Source of the DNA: Patescibacteria group bacterium
Lineage (GTDB): Bacteria; Patescibacteriota; Minisyncoccia; UBA6257; Colwellbacteraceae
Direction: 5' to 3'
Assembly (NCBI GenBank): GCA_023380305.1
Contig: JAMCQZ010000008.1
Span: 71,588-120,658, forward strand
Length of the DNA stretch: 49,071 bases
Shown here piece by piece: positions 19,463 through 28,954 of this stretch. Below the pieces are notes generated by a model. That model saw nothing but the letters and a program-made list of their open reading frames with translations, was not told the DNA's origin and ran no database searches. Every line of letters begins with the position of its first letter. The first letter of the stretch is position 1. Both the position numbers and the translations under genes were made by a program.

Positions 19463-20707
19463 TTAATTATAGCAGAAAAACAAAATCAAAGCGGCGAAAC
19501 TCGGCGCCCAATGCATTTTTTTGAAGAATCCGTTGAAACTCACCAGAGAAAAAATGACTAATCCGGAAAAAGACATGGTCGCGCCGTAGATAAAGGCCGT
19601 TTGGGCGCCGAGTTTCGTCCATAAGATTCCGCCTATGAGACCGGCAAGCAGAGAAGAGAAGCCAATGGCGGCATTTAGAAATCCTTCTCCGGTCGCGAGA
19701 AGCTGGGGCTCCACCAGTTTGGCGGTGAGCACCCGGCCGGCGCCCTCGGTCGCCGCCGGATACAAGCCGTATAAGGCGAAAGCGAGGACCGTCGGCCAGA
19801 GCGTGCCGGTAGTCGCGAGCACCAGATAAGCAGCGATTGAGGCCAAAAAACCGACGGTGATCACTATCCGTTCGCCCACCTTGCTCGACCATTTTCCGAA
19901 AGGAATGGCCGTCAGGGTAAAAGTCAGGCCATAAAGAAAATACATCAAGGGAACATTGCCGACCTTGATGCCGATTTCAAGCGGCCTCAAAAGCATGAGC
20001 GCGATCGGCAGTTCCCCGAGGCCGAAAATAAAAACGCTTGTGATGAAGAAAAGGAGCTCTTTGTTCCGCTTGAGAAGCTGGATGTCCAGTTTCTCTTTGA
20101 TAACCGCCTCGGTCGAAATCGGCTTTTTGGCTTCCCGCACGAAAGAATAAGCCAGGATCGAAAGAAGGCCCACCCAGAAAGAAACCAGGAAAAATCTTCC
20201 GTAATCGCCGTCGTAAAGTTTGAAAAACCAGATGGCGAGAAGGGGGCCGATTAGGGCGCCGGCGGCGTCCATCGCCCTCTGGAATCCGAAGGAAATTCCC
20301 AGATCGTTTTTATGGACCGACTCGACGATCAAAGCGTCCCGCGGCGGTTCCCGAAAGCCCTTGCCCGCCCGGTCGATGACCCTCAAAAGGAAGGCATCCT
20401 TAAATCCGGAGATAATCGTAAAAAAGGGGCGGGTGGCGACGGACAAGGCGTAGCCCAAAGCCGAAGGCAGTTTTCTCCTCTTGATCCGGTCGGAAAACCA
20501 GCCGGAAAAAATCCTGGTGAAACTCGCCACGGCATCGGCAAACCCCTCGATCAAACCCACAAAAAACGGCGGAATGCCGAGGACCAAGGAAAGATAGGCC
20601 GGCATCACCGACTGGATCATCTGGTTAGAGGCGTCGTTGAAAAAACTGACGAGTCCCAGAAGGAAAACGTTCCGATGCAGCCCAAAAATTCTTTTTTCCT
20701 CGTCCAT
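19463..20707 (-). CDS. MFS transporter
   Basis: About 12 TM helices, MFS motif A variant SGWFSDRIKRRK, and DRAGKGFREPPRDALI. Confidence 0.9.
   Translation of the reverse strand: MDEEKRIFGLHRNVFLLGLVSFFNDASNQMIQSVMPAYLSLVLGIPPFFVGLIEGFADAVASFTRIFSGWFSDRIKRRKLPSALGYALSVATRPFFTIISGFKDAFLLRVIDRAGKGFREPPRDALIVESVHKNDLGISFGFQRAMDAAGALIGPLLAIWFFKLYDGDYGRFFLVSFWVGLLSILAYSFVREAKKPISTEAVIKEKLDIQLLKRNKELLFFITSVFIFGLGELPIALMLLRPLEIGIKVGNVPLMYFLYGLTFTLTAIPFGKWSSKVGERIVITVGFLASIAAYLVLATTGTLWPTVLAFALYGLYPAATEGAGRVLTAKLVEPQLLATGEGFLNAAIGFSSLLAGLIGGILWTKLGAQTAFIYGATMSFSGLVIFSLVSFNGFFKKMHWAPSFAALILFFCYN
19466..19474 (-). promoter_or_regulatory. Extended -10 promoter for probably leaderless gap
   Basis: TG-C-TATAAT, then 6 nt, then the ATG at 19459. 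It is embedded in the last codons of the MFS gene. Confidence 0.6.
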
Positions 20708-20708
20708 A

Positions 20709-21194
20709 TTACGGTTTCGGAGTTATTTTGTCTCCGATCTGGAGATCCATTTCGGCCGCGGCGCCGGCCGGAAGCTCCAAGACTTCGTCGATGGCTCCTG
20801 GCGATTCGTAGATTTTGGGGGCGCCAGCCGAAGGCTTGTATGGCAGGGCATCGTACTCGATGCCGATGACTGCGCCGTCCTTGATCCAAACGATGTCGAG
20901 CGGGAACCGCATAGCCATCATCCAGAAACGCCTGACTTTGGAGGCGTCAAAGACGAACAACATGCCGTCTATCCCCGAAAGTCGCCGCCGGCCGGACAAA
21001 CCCCGGGCCTGGCTGATCGGGTCAATAGCCGTTTCCACCTTGAGCGTCCGTTTGGTCGTCCCGGCTCTCGAAACAACGATTTCGGTTTTCTGGACGTTGC
21101 CCATATCCTGGAGAAAATAATAGAAAGCCATCCAAAAGAAAATCAAAACGACGATAAGGACGAGAAGCGTGATCATCTTCGTTATCGGAGACAT
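20709..21194 (-). CDS. DUF192 family protein
   Basis: ARGLSGR...GMLFVF...FWM..MRFPLDIVWI...VLELPAG, with an N-terminal TM anchor. Confidence 0.88.
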   Translation of the reverse strand: MSPITKMITLLVLIVVLIFFWMAFYYFLQDMGNVQKTEIVVSRAGTTKRTLKVETAIDPISQARGLSGRRRLSGIDGMLFVFDASKVRRFWMMAMRFPLDIVWIKDGAVIGIEYDALPYKPSAGAPKIYESPGAIDEVLELPAGAAAEMDLQIGDKITPKP

Positions 21195-21212
21195 TATGAA
21201 TCTAATTATAAC

Positions 21213-21677
21213 CTATTTCCTCAAGGAAAAGGCGGCGATGCCGAAGGCCACGGCCACGTTCAACGATTCCTTCTTTCCGGCCATGGGGATTTCGATGATT
21301 TTGTCGGATTTTTCTAAAACGGATTTGGGCAAACCCCTCACTTCGTTCCCGACGACCAGAGCGATTTTGTCTTTTCGGGAAAATTTGATCTTGTCAAAAG
21401 GAATCGAACGCCCGTCCTGCTCGAGACTGACCACTTTGTAGCCATCTTTTGAAAGCCGGTTGAGCAACCGGCCGGTTGATTTCGCTTTTTCCCATTCGAG
21501 ATATTTTTCCGCGCCCAAAGCCACCTTGCTCATCTGCGGACGGATCCGGCCGAAGCGATCGACCGGCTCCGGAGTGATGCCGCAGAGATAAATTTTGGAA
21601 AATCCGGCGGCATCGGCCGTCCGGAAAATCGAACCGACGTTATGGAGACTGCGGACGTTGTGCAAAACAACGATCAT
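21213..21677 (-). CDS. TrmH/SpoU family RNA methyltransferase
   Basis: SPOUT motifs LHNVRSLHNVGSIFRTAD, VGNEVRG and IPMAGKKESLNVAVA. Confidence 0.92.
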   Translation of the reverse strand: MIVVLHNVRSLHNVGSIFRTADAAGFSKIYLCGITPEPVDRFGRIRPQMSKVALGAEKYLEWEKAKSTGRLLNRLSKDGYKVVSLEQDGRSIPFDKIKFSRKDKIALVVGNEVRGLPKSVLEKSDKIIEIPMAGKKESLNVAVAFGIAAFSLRK

Positions 21678-21714
21678 GGAATGATTTCAGGATAAACGAA
21701 TCGAATAGATATGA

Positions 21715-22095
21715 TAAGGCCCCTGGCGTCATAGACGACAGGGGCCACTACATGGGTGGAGACATCCTTCCGTGCGGTTCTCGCGCGGACATCTCCGTGT
21801 TGTTGGGAATAAACACCGCGATCTCTCCTCTCCGTCAATCTGCAGATTATGGGGAGGGGCCCGATAGAGCGGACAGCCCTATATGACCGGGCCCCCTCCA
21901 GCTCGCTATTGAGTTGATGCTTTCAACTGGGAAGAAACGTCGATAGGATTCCCCCTTTATCTGGTGTTTGGCGATCTCGTTGCCGGCCCGGTCATCAGAT
22001 AGACGCGGTCATCCTATGACTCTTCAGTATAGGCATCCCCTCCATTGGTGATTTATCCCGCCAAAGACCAAAATGGCGGTAAAACCACCATTGAT
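21715..22095 (-). ncRNA. Putative ~380-nt structured non-coding RNA of unknown family
   Basis: No ORF of 60 aa or more. Upstream TTGACA-N17-TATAGA promoter, many GC-rich helices and a closing hairpin at 21718-21746. Confidence 0.55.
21718..21746 (-). terminator. Terminator-like hairpin closing the putative ncRNA
   Basis: GGCCCCTG...CAGGGGCC stem with an inner CGTC/GACG extension. The U-tract is weak (TTATCAT). Confidence 0.5.
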
Positions 22096-22101
22096 AAGCT
22101 A

Positions 22102-22130
22102 TCTATAGCATACTAAAAGGGCCCTGTCAA
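22102..22130 (-). promoter_or_regulatory. Sigma70-type promoter of the putative ncRNA
   Basis: TTGACA (22125-22130), 17-nt spacer ending in TGC, then TATAGA (22102-22107). Confidence 0.6.
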
Positions 22131-22158
22131 GTATGAGAAAAATACGCTTTTCCCCTGT

Positions 22159-25100
22159 TTATGGCGCGAAATAGTATTTGTGGCCGTCATTCGCGAGCAG
22201 CACACCATTACCGTACAGATCGAATTCATAAAAACCGATAGTGAAAAAATCCGAGGCGGTCAAAGTCTCCATCGTTTTGTCGCTATTCAAGATTCCGCTC
22301 GTTTCCAAAATAATCCGGCCAGATCCCACTCCTGGGACGGGGACAAGCGCACCGGACCGTGGAAGATTGGTCCAGGACAAGCAACGATTGGGTCCGGTCG
22401 TGTTGCTTCCGAAGCTGTCTTCTACGGCTTCTGCTGTTTCAGCTAAAATCAAAATAGGAAAGTCACGGTAAATATTTGCTGGATTTGCCGGGTCATAATC
22501 AATACATGAAAAGTGTTTTGTCTGAATCTGAGCGTAGTCTCCCCCAGAATATCCGCCGCTATAGCTTTCTGGCGGCAGACGATTGAAATAAAAAATCATC
22601 GCCTTGAATCCAGGACCTCCGGTAATAAACGGATAGTTTTGATAATCAAAGTTCAAAATTTTCTGTCCTAGTCCGACATCATTCTTCCAGGATAGATTCG
22701 AAAGCCCGAAAGGAACAGGCACATCCGGCGCGATATAATCCTTTTGAAGTATTTCGGAAGTAATTCCAAAATCGTCAATCGCCTTAATGCGCAAAGAGTA
22801 AGGCGAACTTGGCGAAATATTTTTTCTGTTAACCAACGCGCCCGTCTCCCAAGCTGATCCTCCATCATAGCTGACTTCATAACGCAGTAAAGCATCCAGG
22901 GAGTCGGGATCGGTTGCCGCCGGAGCAGACCAGGTTAGTTCAGATTTGATCGCATCAAAAGAGGTATTTATTTCTCCCGACATTGAGGGTGCCCGATGGC
23001 TCGGAACATCACCGAAAGAATAATGCCCACTGTCGACTGCCAAAAGTTTAAAAATATCTTTGGTCATGTCTCCGGCCGGATAAAACCTATAAAGTCCGTA
23101 GAAAGCGACTGTGATGAAATCTTCCGATGAAAAACTTGCTTCTCCCGACGGCTTTATGACAGAAAAAGATAGATGATTGTCTCCTTCAGAAAGATAAGTG
23201 TTGAAGACCATGGCGCTGTTCGGTATGCCTCCGATAAAAATATTGCATCCCTCGGCCGCGTCGGCCAACACGATTGACGAACGTTCGCTATTCGATACTC
23301 CGCCGCAAATGTCATATCTAGTTTTTAAAATATCTGCTGAATATTCGCCCGATGGAAATTCGCCATCTAAAAACAAGCTCTTCGGCGCATCTCGATTCAG
23401 ATATAGAACCATGATTTTATAATTCGGGGCGGCAGGTTCACCGTACGCTAACGCCAAATTGGCATCTCGTGGCATAAAAGGATAGATATCATAAGAAAAC
23501 TCGAATATCGGTTCGTCTACCTCGTCCCCTTGAATCCCGCGGTGAACAGCCCGGTAAAAACTCGCATTCTTGATATAACTGGGGATATTAATCGATTTAA
23601 AATCGGAGTATTCCGAAGCTAAACCGTCCCGGTCAACCGCTTTTACCTGATACCGATAATCCCGGCCAATCTCATCTATTCGTTTTGAAAAAGTTCCAGA
23701 CATCAATAAGCCGCTATTCGTGGTTTCATCGTTTATGACATCTAAAATGCGGTAATTAACGGCGTCGTTAATTGGTAGGGTAAAATCCACGGAGGCTTTA
23801 TCGAAGTTATAATTTATTTGCCAGTCCGCCGCGGTTAAAGCAGCCGGCGCCTCCCGAGGTTCTAATAGGCTGCTAACGTTCTGCGGTCGCGGCGTCATCC
23901 GTTCGGAAAAGCCCGTAGCCGTATTGGAAGTGCCGCAACCATTCCCTAAGAATTCTCCCTCATCCGAGAAAGCGTCCAAACAAAATCCGTTATTCCAGGC
24001 TTTTCTTTCCAAAGATTTACCTTCCACGATACCCTCATACGCAACCTCATCCACTACACCCCCAATCGCATGGTCGGCATTATAAAGCAAAACAGCATTA
24101 TCCGAATAAGCCAAGCTATTATCCGTTGAATAACGGATATTCGGCTGTAAAGAACCCGCATAATTGGCATGGGTTATCAAAAAAAATCCTTTTGCCGGAA
24201 TCGTGCCGATAAAGGCATCGCTGTCTAAAAGGTTGGTCTCGTTTCCCGAAGAAACCACCTTTTTTCTTAGCTCCCAGCCATCAAGAACTACCGGTTGATC
24301 GGTCGGGTTATATAATTCGACGAACTCGTCTTCCGCCGCCCCACTCTTCCCGACCATTATTTCGCTGATTACCACGTGTCCGGCTTTTGGCGCGACGATT
24401 TCCTCGTTCTGGTTACCTCCCGCTCCAGGCGCGCTATTTTCCGCTTTAGGTGTTCCATTAACGCCGTTCGCGCCGGCCCCGTTATAGGTATGCCAAGACT
24501 CCGCGTTTGTCCTTTCGGCTGTCCGGTATTCCGGCCCGGTAGACCCGCCGATGTTCTGCCAATTGGCGCCGACATCTATCACTTGGTCCACCAGCCCGCA
24601 GTTTTGATTAAATAGCCTTAAAGTTTCATCGGAGTTATTAAGCGCTCCGGAGTATAATTTGTCGGCTAAAATCCCCGAGATAAAATTCTGACTACCTCTT
24701 TCTAGAAGATAAAAACCTCCAGCCGGGAGATTATCCGTATCAGAAAAAATAATTTTGATATCGTTCGTCTTATCTAAAAGCTGCCAACCAGCCAAAGAAA
24801 TCGCTATTTGGGAAACATTTTTGAGCTCGATCCACTCGGAAGAGGAGGACGCGCTATCCCCGGCCCAAGCGACTTCGTTGATTAATATTTGGCGCGTCGG
24901 AATATCATCGATTGCTTGGCCGCACCAAGCAATCTGATTTGGAGCAACCGATGATGAACCTCCACCACCGCCGGATTTAGTTGACTCGCCGATAGAGTTC
25001 TCTTGTTTTGGCGTTCCTTCAACAAAAGAAGACGTGTGCCACCCGAATCCAGAAACGTCCCTTTCCATAGTCTTTCTCGAGGTAGCGGCTCCAGCTGGCC

Positions 25101-27063
25101 AGCCATCGCTAGCCGCGATAACATCTATCACGGCGCAGGAGGCATTGAATAATTTCAGACTTTCCCCGCTATTGGAGAGCGCTCCGGAGTAAATCAGGTC
25201 CGCTGTCACCCCAGGAACGCTCGCGTCATCGGTGCGCTCCAAAAGGTAAAAACCTCCGGGAGAGATCTCAGCTGTTGCCGGAAAAACAATCTTAATACTG
25301 GCGTCTTTAGCCACTATCTGCCAGCCAGCCAGACTGATTTTCTCAGCGCTGATGTTTTTAAGCTCGATCCACTCGCTGTTGGCGCTCGTGGTCGAACCCA
25401 TCCAGGCGATCTCATTGATAATAACTTTTTGGCCGGCGCTGGTAGCCGCATTGAAATCGCAGAATAACGTCTCGGCCGGTTTACTGGTTTTAAGCGACTC
25501 TTTTGAATCTTCTCCTTCCTCTTTGATAATCTTCTCTCTTTGAGGGTCTAAAGATTCCCGTAATTCGAATTTAACTCTATCGGTGATAATTCCCGAAACA
25601 GAATCTTTAACAGAAATGTAATAAACGCCGAGCGGATCATAGGCGGAGGCAGAATATTGATAGTTTAATCCGCCCTGACTATCGGTTATAGCTGAAGCAT
25701 TGATTTTGATCTTATCCGGCCGCTCGATCAAAATATCAACTGGATTATTCTTAACAAAACGCACTCCGATCAAGTGGAGGCTATCCCCTCGCGCGATTTG
25801 CGATTTGTCCAAAGAAATAACCGGCTTTAACAAAGACGCTGGAGGAGTCTGTTCTTTTGGTTGCTTCGGCGCCTCTGATTGCGTAGTAAACTCGTCGATG
25901 GTTTCGAGCTTCGAGGAGCCGCCAAACATCTCAGAAAAGGCGTCCTGGCTGGCAGTAAGAATATTAGCAAGCCAATTGGTCGCGTTGTTTATAAGTTGAC
26001 CGAAAAATGACGTCTTTTTCTCGATAGGGACGGGATTTAATTTATGGGCTTCTTTGGCGGCTTGAGCTTCCTTAAAGAAGAGATCAATCAAGCTCGCGCT
26101 GTATTGAACCGCTTGGGGAGAAAGGCGGGACCAATAGTCCTTTTTAATTAAGTCATTATTTATAGAAGCATCCATCGCATTCATTGTTAAAACATTACCG
26201 GAAAGAGATTTCTTAAACATTAAATAATAAGTTCCTCCATCATCTCGTGCTATACCATACAAGAATCCTCCGCGCGGCTGGAAATAATCTGGTTGTGGTG
26301 TTTTATATCCGCTTTGAATGCCAATAGTGTCTTTGCTGTAAAAGTTATTATTGGAATAGGTAGCTAAGTTATTGAAGGCTATCGAAAGGCTATCTATATT
26401 CAATAAATCCCTGGTTATTAAGCCGGAGCCCAACATCGGATCCGGCTTTCCTAAAACAAACTTATCAGAATAAAGCTCATATGGGCTATCGGCCATATGG
26501 GCGTCGTTTCTCGTATGGTCAGGCACAGACATGTCTTCCATCAAGTGCAAGACATGCCCCAAAGCGAACATTGCTTCCTCGTTTTGGTCGATGGCGTACA
26601 AACCGACGGCTCTTGACCAGGTAAAGTCGGTTTCACTCGAAATAGCGGTGATTTTTTTCTGCTCCACGGCCGTCAGAATCGAAGCAATGGTCGCCGGCAC
26701 TTTATAAACAGCGCTGTTCTGGTTAGCGCTGTCATCAGCCCAATCTTTGGCAGTCTCCCAAGACCCGATAGGCAATAGGGGCGTGATGGCCGCGTCGGTC
26801 GTGATTCCGCGATTGTTCACCGGATCATAAAAATGGTTCATAAAACGAGGGACATCATCTTCCCGCCTTGAACCATCGATCAAAAACGCTTCCAAGTCCG
26901 GAGATATTTTGGATTTCGCGGTTTTTTGATTGAAGAAGTCAACAGCTTCGTCAGTAAGATAAGCATGCGTTTCCGGACCATAAGCCAAAACCGGCTTAGA
27001 AACAATAAAAAATAATCCCAATAAAATTGGGATTAGATATTTCACATGCTTTCTATTTTCCAT
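22159..27063 (-). CDS. Large secreted multidomain protein: Zn-dependent phospholipase C/S1-P1 nuclease-like domain, three lamin-tail domains, Ig/FN3-like modules
   Basis: Signal peptide, then ETHAYLT, HFYDP and LGHVLHLMEDMSVPDH (PLC/P1 Zn ligands). Three lamin-tail-type repeats of the form (I/V)I(N/S)E(I/V)...E(W/F)(I/V)EL.N.....L.GW.L follow. Confidence 0.8.
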   Translation of the reverse strand: MENRKHVKYLIPILLGLFFIVSKPVLAYGPETHAYLTDEAVDFFNQKTAKSKISPDLEAFLIDGSRREDDVPRFMNHFYDPVNNRGITTDAAITPLLPIGSWETAKDWADDSANQNSAVYKVPATIASILTAVEQKKITAISSETDFTWSRAVGLYAIDQNEEAMFALGHVLHLMEDMSVPDHTRNDAHMADSPYELYSDKFVLGKPDPMLGSGLITRDLLNIDSLSIAFNNLATYSNNNFYSKDTIGIQSGYKTPQPDYFQPRGGFLYGIARDDGGTYYLMFKKSLSGNVLTMNAMDASINNDLIKKDYWSRLSPQAVQYSASLIDLFFKEAQAAKEAHKLNPVPIEKKTSFFGQLINNATNWLANILTASQDAFSEMFGGSSKLETIDEFTTQSEAPKQPKEQTPPASLLKPVISLDKSQIARGDSLHLIGVRFVKNNPVDILIERPDKIKINASAITDSQGGLNYQYSASAYDPLGVYYISVKDSVSGIITDRVKFELRESLDPQREKIIKEEGEDSKESLKTSKPAETLFCDFNAATSAGQKVIINEIAWMGSTTSANSEWIELKNISAEKISLAGWQIVAKDASIKIVFPATAEISPGGFYLLERTDDASVPGVTADLIYSGALSNSGESLKLFNASCAVIDVIAASDGWPAGAATSRKTMERDVSGFGWHTSSFVEGTPKQENSIGESTKSGGGGGSSSVAPNQIAWCGQAIDDIPTRQILINEVAWAGDSASSSSEWIELKNVSQIAISLAGWQLLDKTNDIKIIFSDTDNLPAGGFYLLERGSQNFISGILADKLYSGALNNSDETLRLFNQNCGLVDQVIDVGANWQNIGGSTGPEYRTAERTNAESWHTYNGAGANGVNGTPKAENSAPGAGGNQNEEIVAPKAGHVVISEIMVGKSGAAEDEFVELYNPTDQPVVLDGWELRKKVVSSGNETNLLDSDAFIGTIPAKGFFLITHANYAGSLQPNIRYSTDNSLAYSDNAVLLYNADHAIGGVVDEVAYEGIVEGKSLERKAWNNGFCLDAFSDEGEFLGNGCGTSNTATGFSERMTPRPQNVSSLLEPREAPAALTAADWQINYNFDKASVDFTLPINDAVNYRILDVINDETTNSGLLMSGTFSKRIDEIGRDYRYQVKAVDRDGLASEYSDFKSINIPSYIKNASFYRAVHRGIQGDEVDEPIFEFSYDIYPFMPRDANLALAYGEPAAPNYKIMVLYLNRDAPKSLFLDGEFPSGEYSADILKTRYDICGGVSNSERSSIVLADAAEGCNIFIGGIPNSAMVFNTYLSEGDNHLSFSVIKPSGEASFSSEDFITVAFYGLYRFYPAGDMTKDIFKLLAVDSGHYSFGDVPSHRAPSMSGEINTSFDAIKSELTWSAPAATDPDSLDALLRYEVSYDGGSAWETGALVNRKNISPSSPYSLRIKAIDDFGITSEILQKDYIAPDVPVPFGLSNLSWKNDVGLGQKILNFDYQNYPFITGGPGFKAMIFYFNRLPPESYSGGYSGGDYAQIQTKHFSCIDYDPANPANIYRDFPILILAETAEAVEDSFGSNTTGPNRCLSWTNLPRSGALVPVPGVGSGRIILETSGILNSDKTMETLTASDFFTIGFYEFDLYGNGVLLANDGHKYYFAP

Positions 27064-27671
27064 AGTTGAGAATATTGATTCTTATTTAAGAACATCGAAT
27101 ATTGTGCCATTCCCTGATTATTTGGCACGATAAAGATATAACTATTATCTGTATTCATTTCGAAAGAAGGCTTTAATGACTCTGCAATACTAATAATTTC
27201 AGAAAGAGATCCGTTTTCTTTCCGTGTTTTTAAAATACTCAATATCTCCGGATTCCTACTTCCATCTTCACGCAAAACAAAATATTTGCTCGCCAATTCC
27301 ACATCTCCTTTTTTTAAAGCATCCACAAACATATCCAGCGTCTCCTGCGGGGTTTGACCGCCATAAGTGTCGTTTTTCATAGCGGTTTCGTATTGATTTA
27401 TATATTTAAGATAGGCGCCATAAGCTTTCTGCGCTTCCCTGTTTGATTTGGCTTGCGGGCTCAAATAATTGTTCCAAGCAAGGTAGCTTAATTGTGCCAA
27501 AGCAACTATTCCGACAATGGCCACGAAAAATTTCCAACGGCGGACTTTGCGCTTCTTTTTTGGTAAAGCCACGGTGGTTTCCGTGTAGTTTATTTGCTTC
27601 TCAGTCGGAGCCGCGTATTCCTCGATTTCGTTTTCCGCTTTTTCGCCGTCTATTTTGAATTGTTCGTCCAT
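27042..27671 (-). CDS. Membrane-anchored hypothetical protein
   Basis: Single TM helix, then DTYGGQTPQETLDMFVDALKKGDVELASKYF. It overlaps the start of the 1634-aa gene. Start placed at MDEQ (27671). Confidence 0.75.
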   Translation of the reverse strand: MDEQFKIDGEKAENEIEEYAAPTEKQINYTETTVALPKKKRKVRRWKFFVAIVGIVALAQLSYLAWNNYLSPQAKSNREAQKAYGAYLKYINQYETAMKNDTYGGQTPQETLDMFVDALKKGDVELASKYFVLREDGSRNPEILSILKTRKENGSLSEIISIAESLKPSFEMNTDNSYIFIVPNNQGMAQYSMFLNKNQYSQLWKIESM

Positions 27672-27729
27672 GTTTTTTGTTTTCGTAAATAAAAATGAGG
27701 GGCTACCACCCCTCACCAGGCTTAATTTC

Positions 27730-27765
27730 AGTATAACAAAGCGGCTGATCCCCAAAAGTGGATAA
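27730..27765 (-). promoter_or_regulatory. Extended -10 promoter with a DnaA-box-like 9-mer upstream
   Basis: TTATCCACT (27757-27765), 21-nt spacer ending in TGT, then TATACT (27730-27735). Confidence 0.5.
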
Positions 27766-27775
27766 CCGTTTTTTG

Positions 27776-28696
27776 CTATTTCAGACTATTTAGATAGCTA
27801 TTGATATTCAACACCGCTTTGACGGCGTCGCCGACAGCGATATTGTTCTGCTTGTAGAGGCCGTCTGAAACGTCTCCGGCGGCCCAGATGCCCCGACTCG
27901 ATGTGGCGCCGGTCTGGTGATTGATAATAATGAATTTCCCCTCGTTCATATCAACCAGGCCCTCGAAAAGTTCGGAGTTGGGTAAAAGCCCGATTTCCAC
28001 GAAAATGCCCGAAACCAAAAGCTCTTTCGAGGTATCGGAAACCTTGTCGTGATATTTGATTCCGGTAACAAAATCACCTCCCTTAACCTCCTCGACTTCG
28101 GCGTTCCAGATTATCTCCGCCTTGGGAGAAGCCTTGATCTTCTCCTGGGTTACTATATCTCCCTTCAAAACATCGGAACGGACCAGAAGATAGACTTTGG
28201 AGGCATAATTCAAAAGATCGACGACCGCCTCGAGGCCGGCATTTCCGCCGCCAACCACGGCCACCTCCTTACCTTCGAAAAGCGGAGCGTCGCAAGTGGA
28301 ACAATAGGCGACGCCCTTTCCCTCGTAAATCGCTCCGCCGGGAACATCGAGTTTGCGACGACGACTCCCGGTGGCGACTAAAATGGTTTTCGTTCCGAAA
28401 ACTTTTCCGGATTGCGTTTCCACCTCGAAGAAATCCCCCTTCTTCCGGATAAAAACCGCCGGATCGTCGATCAAAATCTCGGTATTCTTTTCCGAACGCA
28501 GATGATCCTCGATCGATTGCATAAGGTCGTATCCCGAAATCGATTTCAGGCCGATCCAGTTTTGAATATTTGCCGAAAGCACAGGCTGGCCGCCCAACTC
28601 CTTTGAAATCAAAAGGGCGCTCAGCTTCTTCCTTCCGGCATAGATGCCGGCGGCCATACCGGCCGGCCCTCCACCGATAATAATGAGATCGTACAT
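27776..28696 (-). CDS. trxB: Thioredoxin-disulfide reductase family FAD oxidoreductase
   Basis: Motifs IIGGGPAG, VATGS, GVAYCSTCDAP (CxxC), VVGGGNAG and WAAGDV. Confidence 0.88.
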   Translation of the reverse strand: MYDLIIIGGGPAGMAAGIYAGRKKLSALLISKELGGQPVLSANIQNWIGLKSISGYDLMQSIEDHLRSEKNTEILIDDPAVFIRKKGDFFEVETQSGKVFGTKTILVATGSRRRKLDVPGGAIYEGKGVAYCSTCDAPLFEGKEVAVVGGGNAGLEAVVDLLNYASKVYLLVRSDVLKGDIVTQEKIKASPKAEIIWNAEVEEVKGGDFVTGIKYHDKVSDTSKELLVSGIFVEIGLLPNSELFEGLVDMNEGKFIIINHQTGATSSRGIWAAGDVSDGLYKQNNIAVGDAVKAVLNINSYLNSLK

Positions 28697-28701
28697 AAAA
28701 C

Positions 28702-28935
28702 TTATTTTATTCCCAACTTCTCCGCCAAGTCGCGGCGGTTGAATCCAATGAAGATTTCGCCGTCGATGTCGATAACCGGAACGCCCATCTGGTGGGATTT
28801 CGCCACCATCTCTTCCGCCGCCCTTCTGTCGGCGGCGACATCCACCTCCTCAAACTTTATATTGTTTTTTGTGAAGAACTCCTTGGCCATGCGGCAATAG
28901 ATGCAGGCCGGAGTCGAATATATTTTTATTTTCAT
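28702..28935 (-). CDS. Glutaredoxin/NrdH-like redoxin
   Basis: IYSTPACIYC...GVPVIDI...GF. TG-T-TAATAT lies 6 nt before the ATG. Confidence 0.92.
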   Translation of the reverse strand: MKIKIYSTPACIYCRMAKEFFTKNNIKFEEVDVAADRRAAEEMVAKSHQMGVPVIDIDGEIFIGFNRRDLAEKLGIK

Positions 28936-28954
28936 CGTGATATATTAACAAACG

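Noticed and set aside
21750-22060. CsrB-like sponge RNA
   Set aside because: About 11 GGA triplets in ~380 G-rich nt is near chance, and few sit in hairpin loops.
21715-22095. tmRNA, RNase P, SRP or hammerhead identity for the ncRNA candidate
   Set aside because: The GGGGAUG...UCUCCACC ends look tmRNA-like, but there is no T-arm (GGUUCRA) or D-loop motif. The RNase P GAGGAAAGUCC and the SRP core are absent. Two CUGANGA words occur but neither has the required GAAA after stem II.
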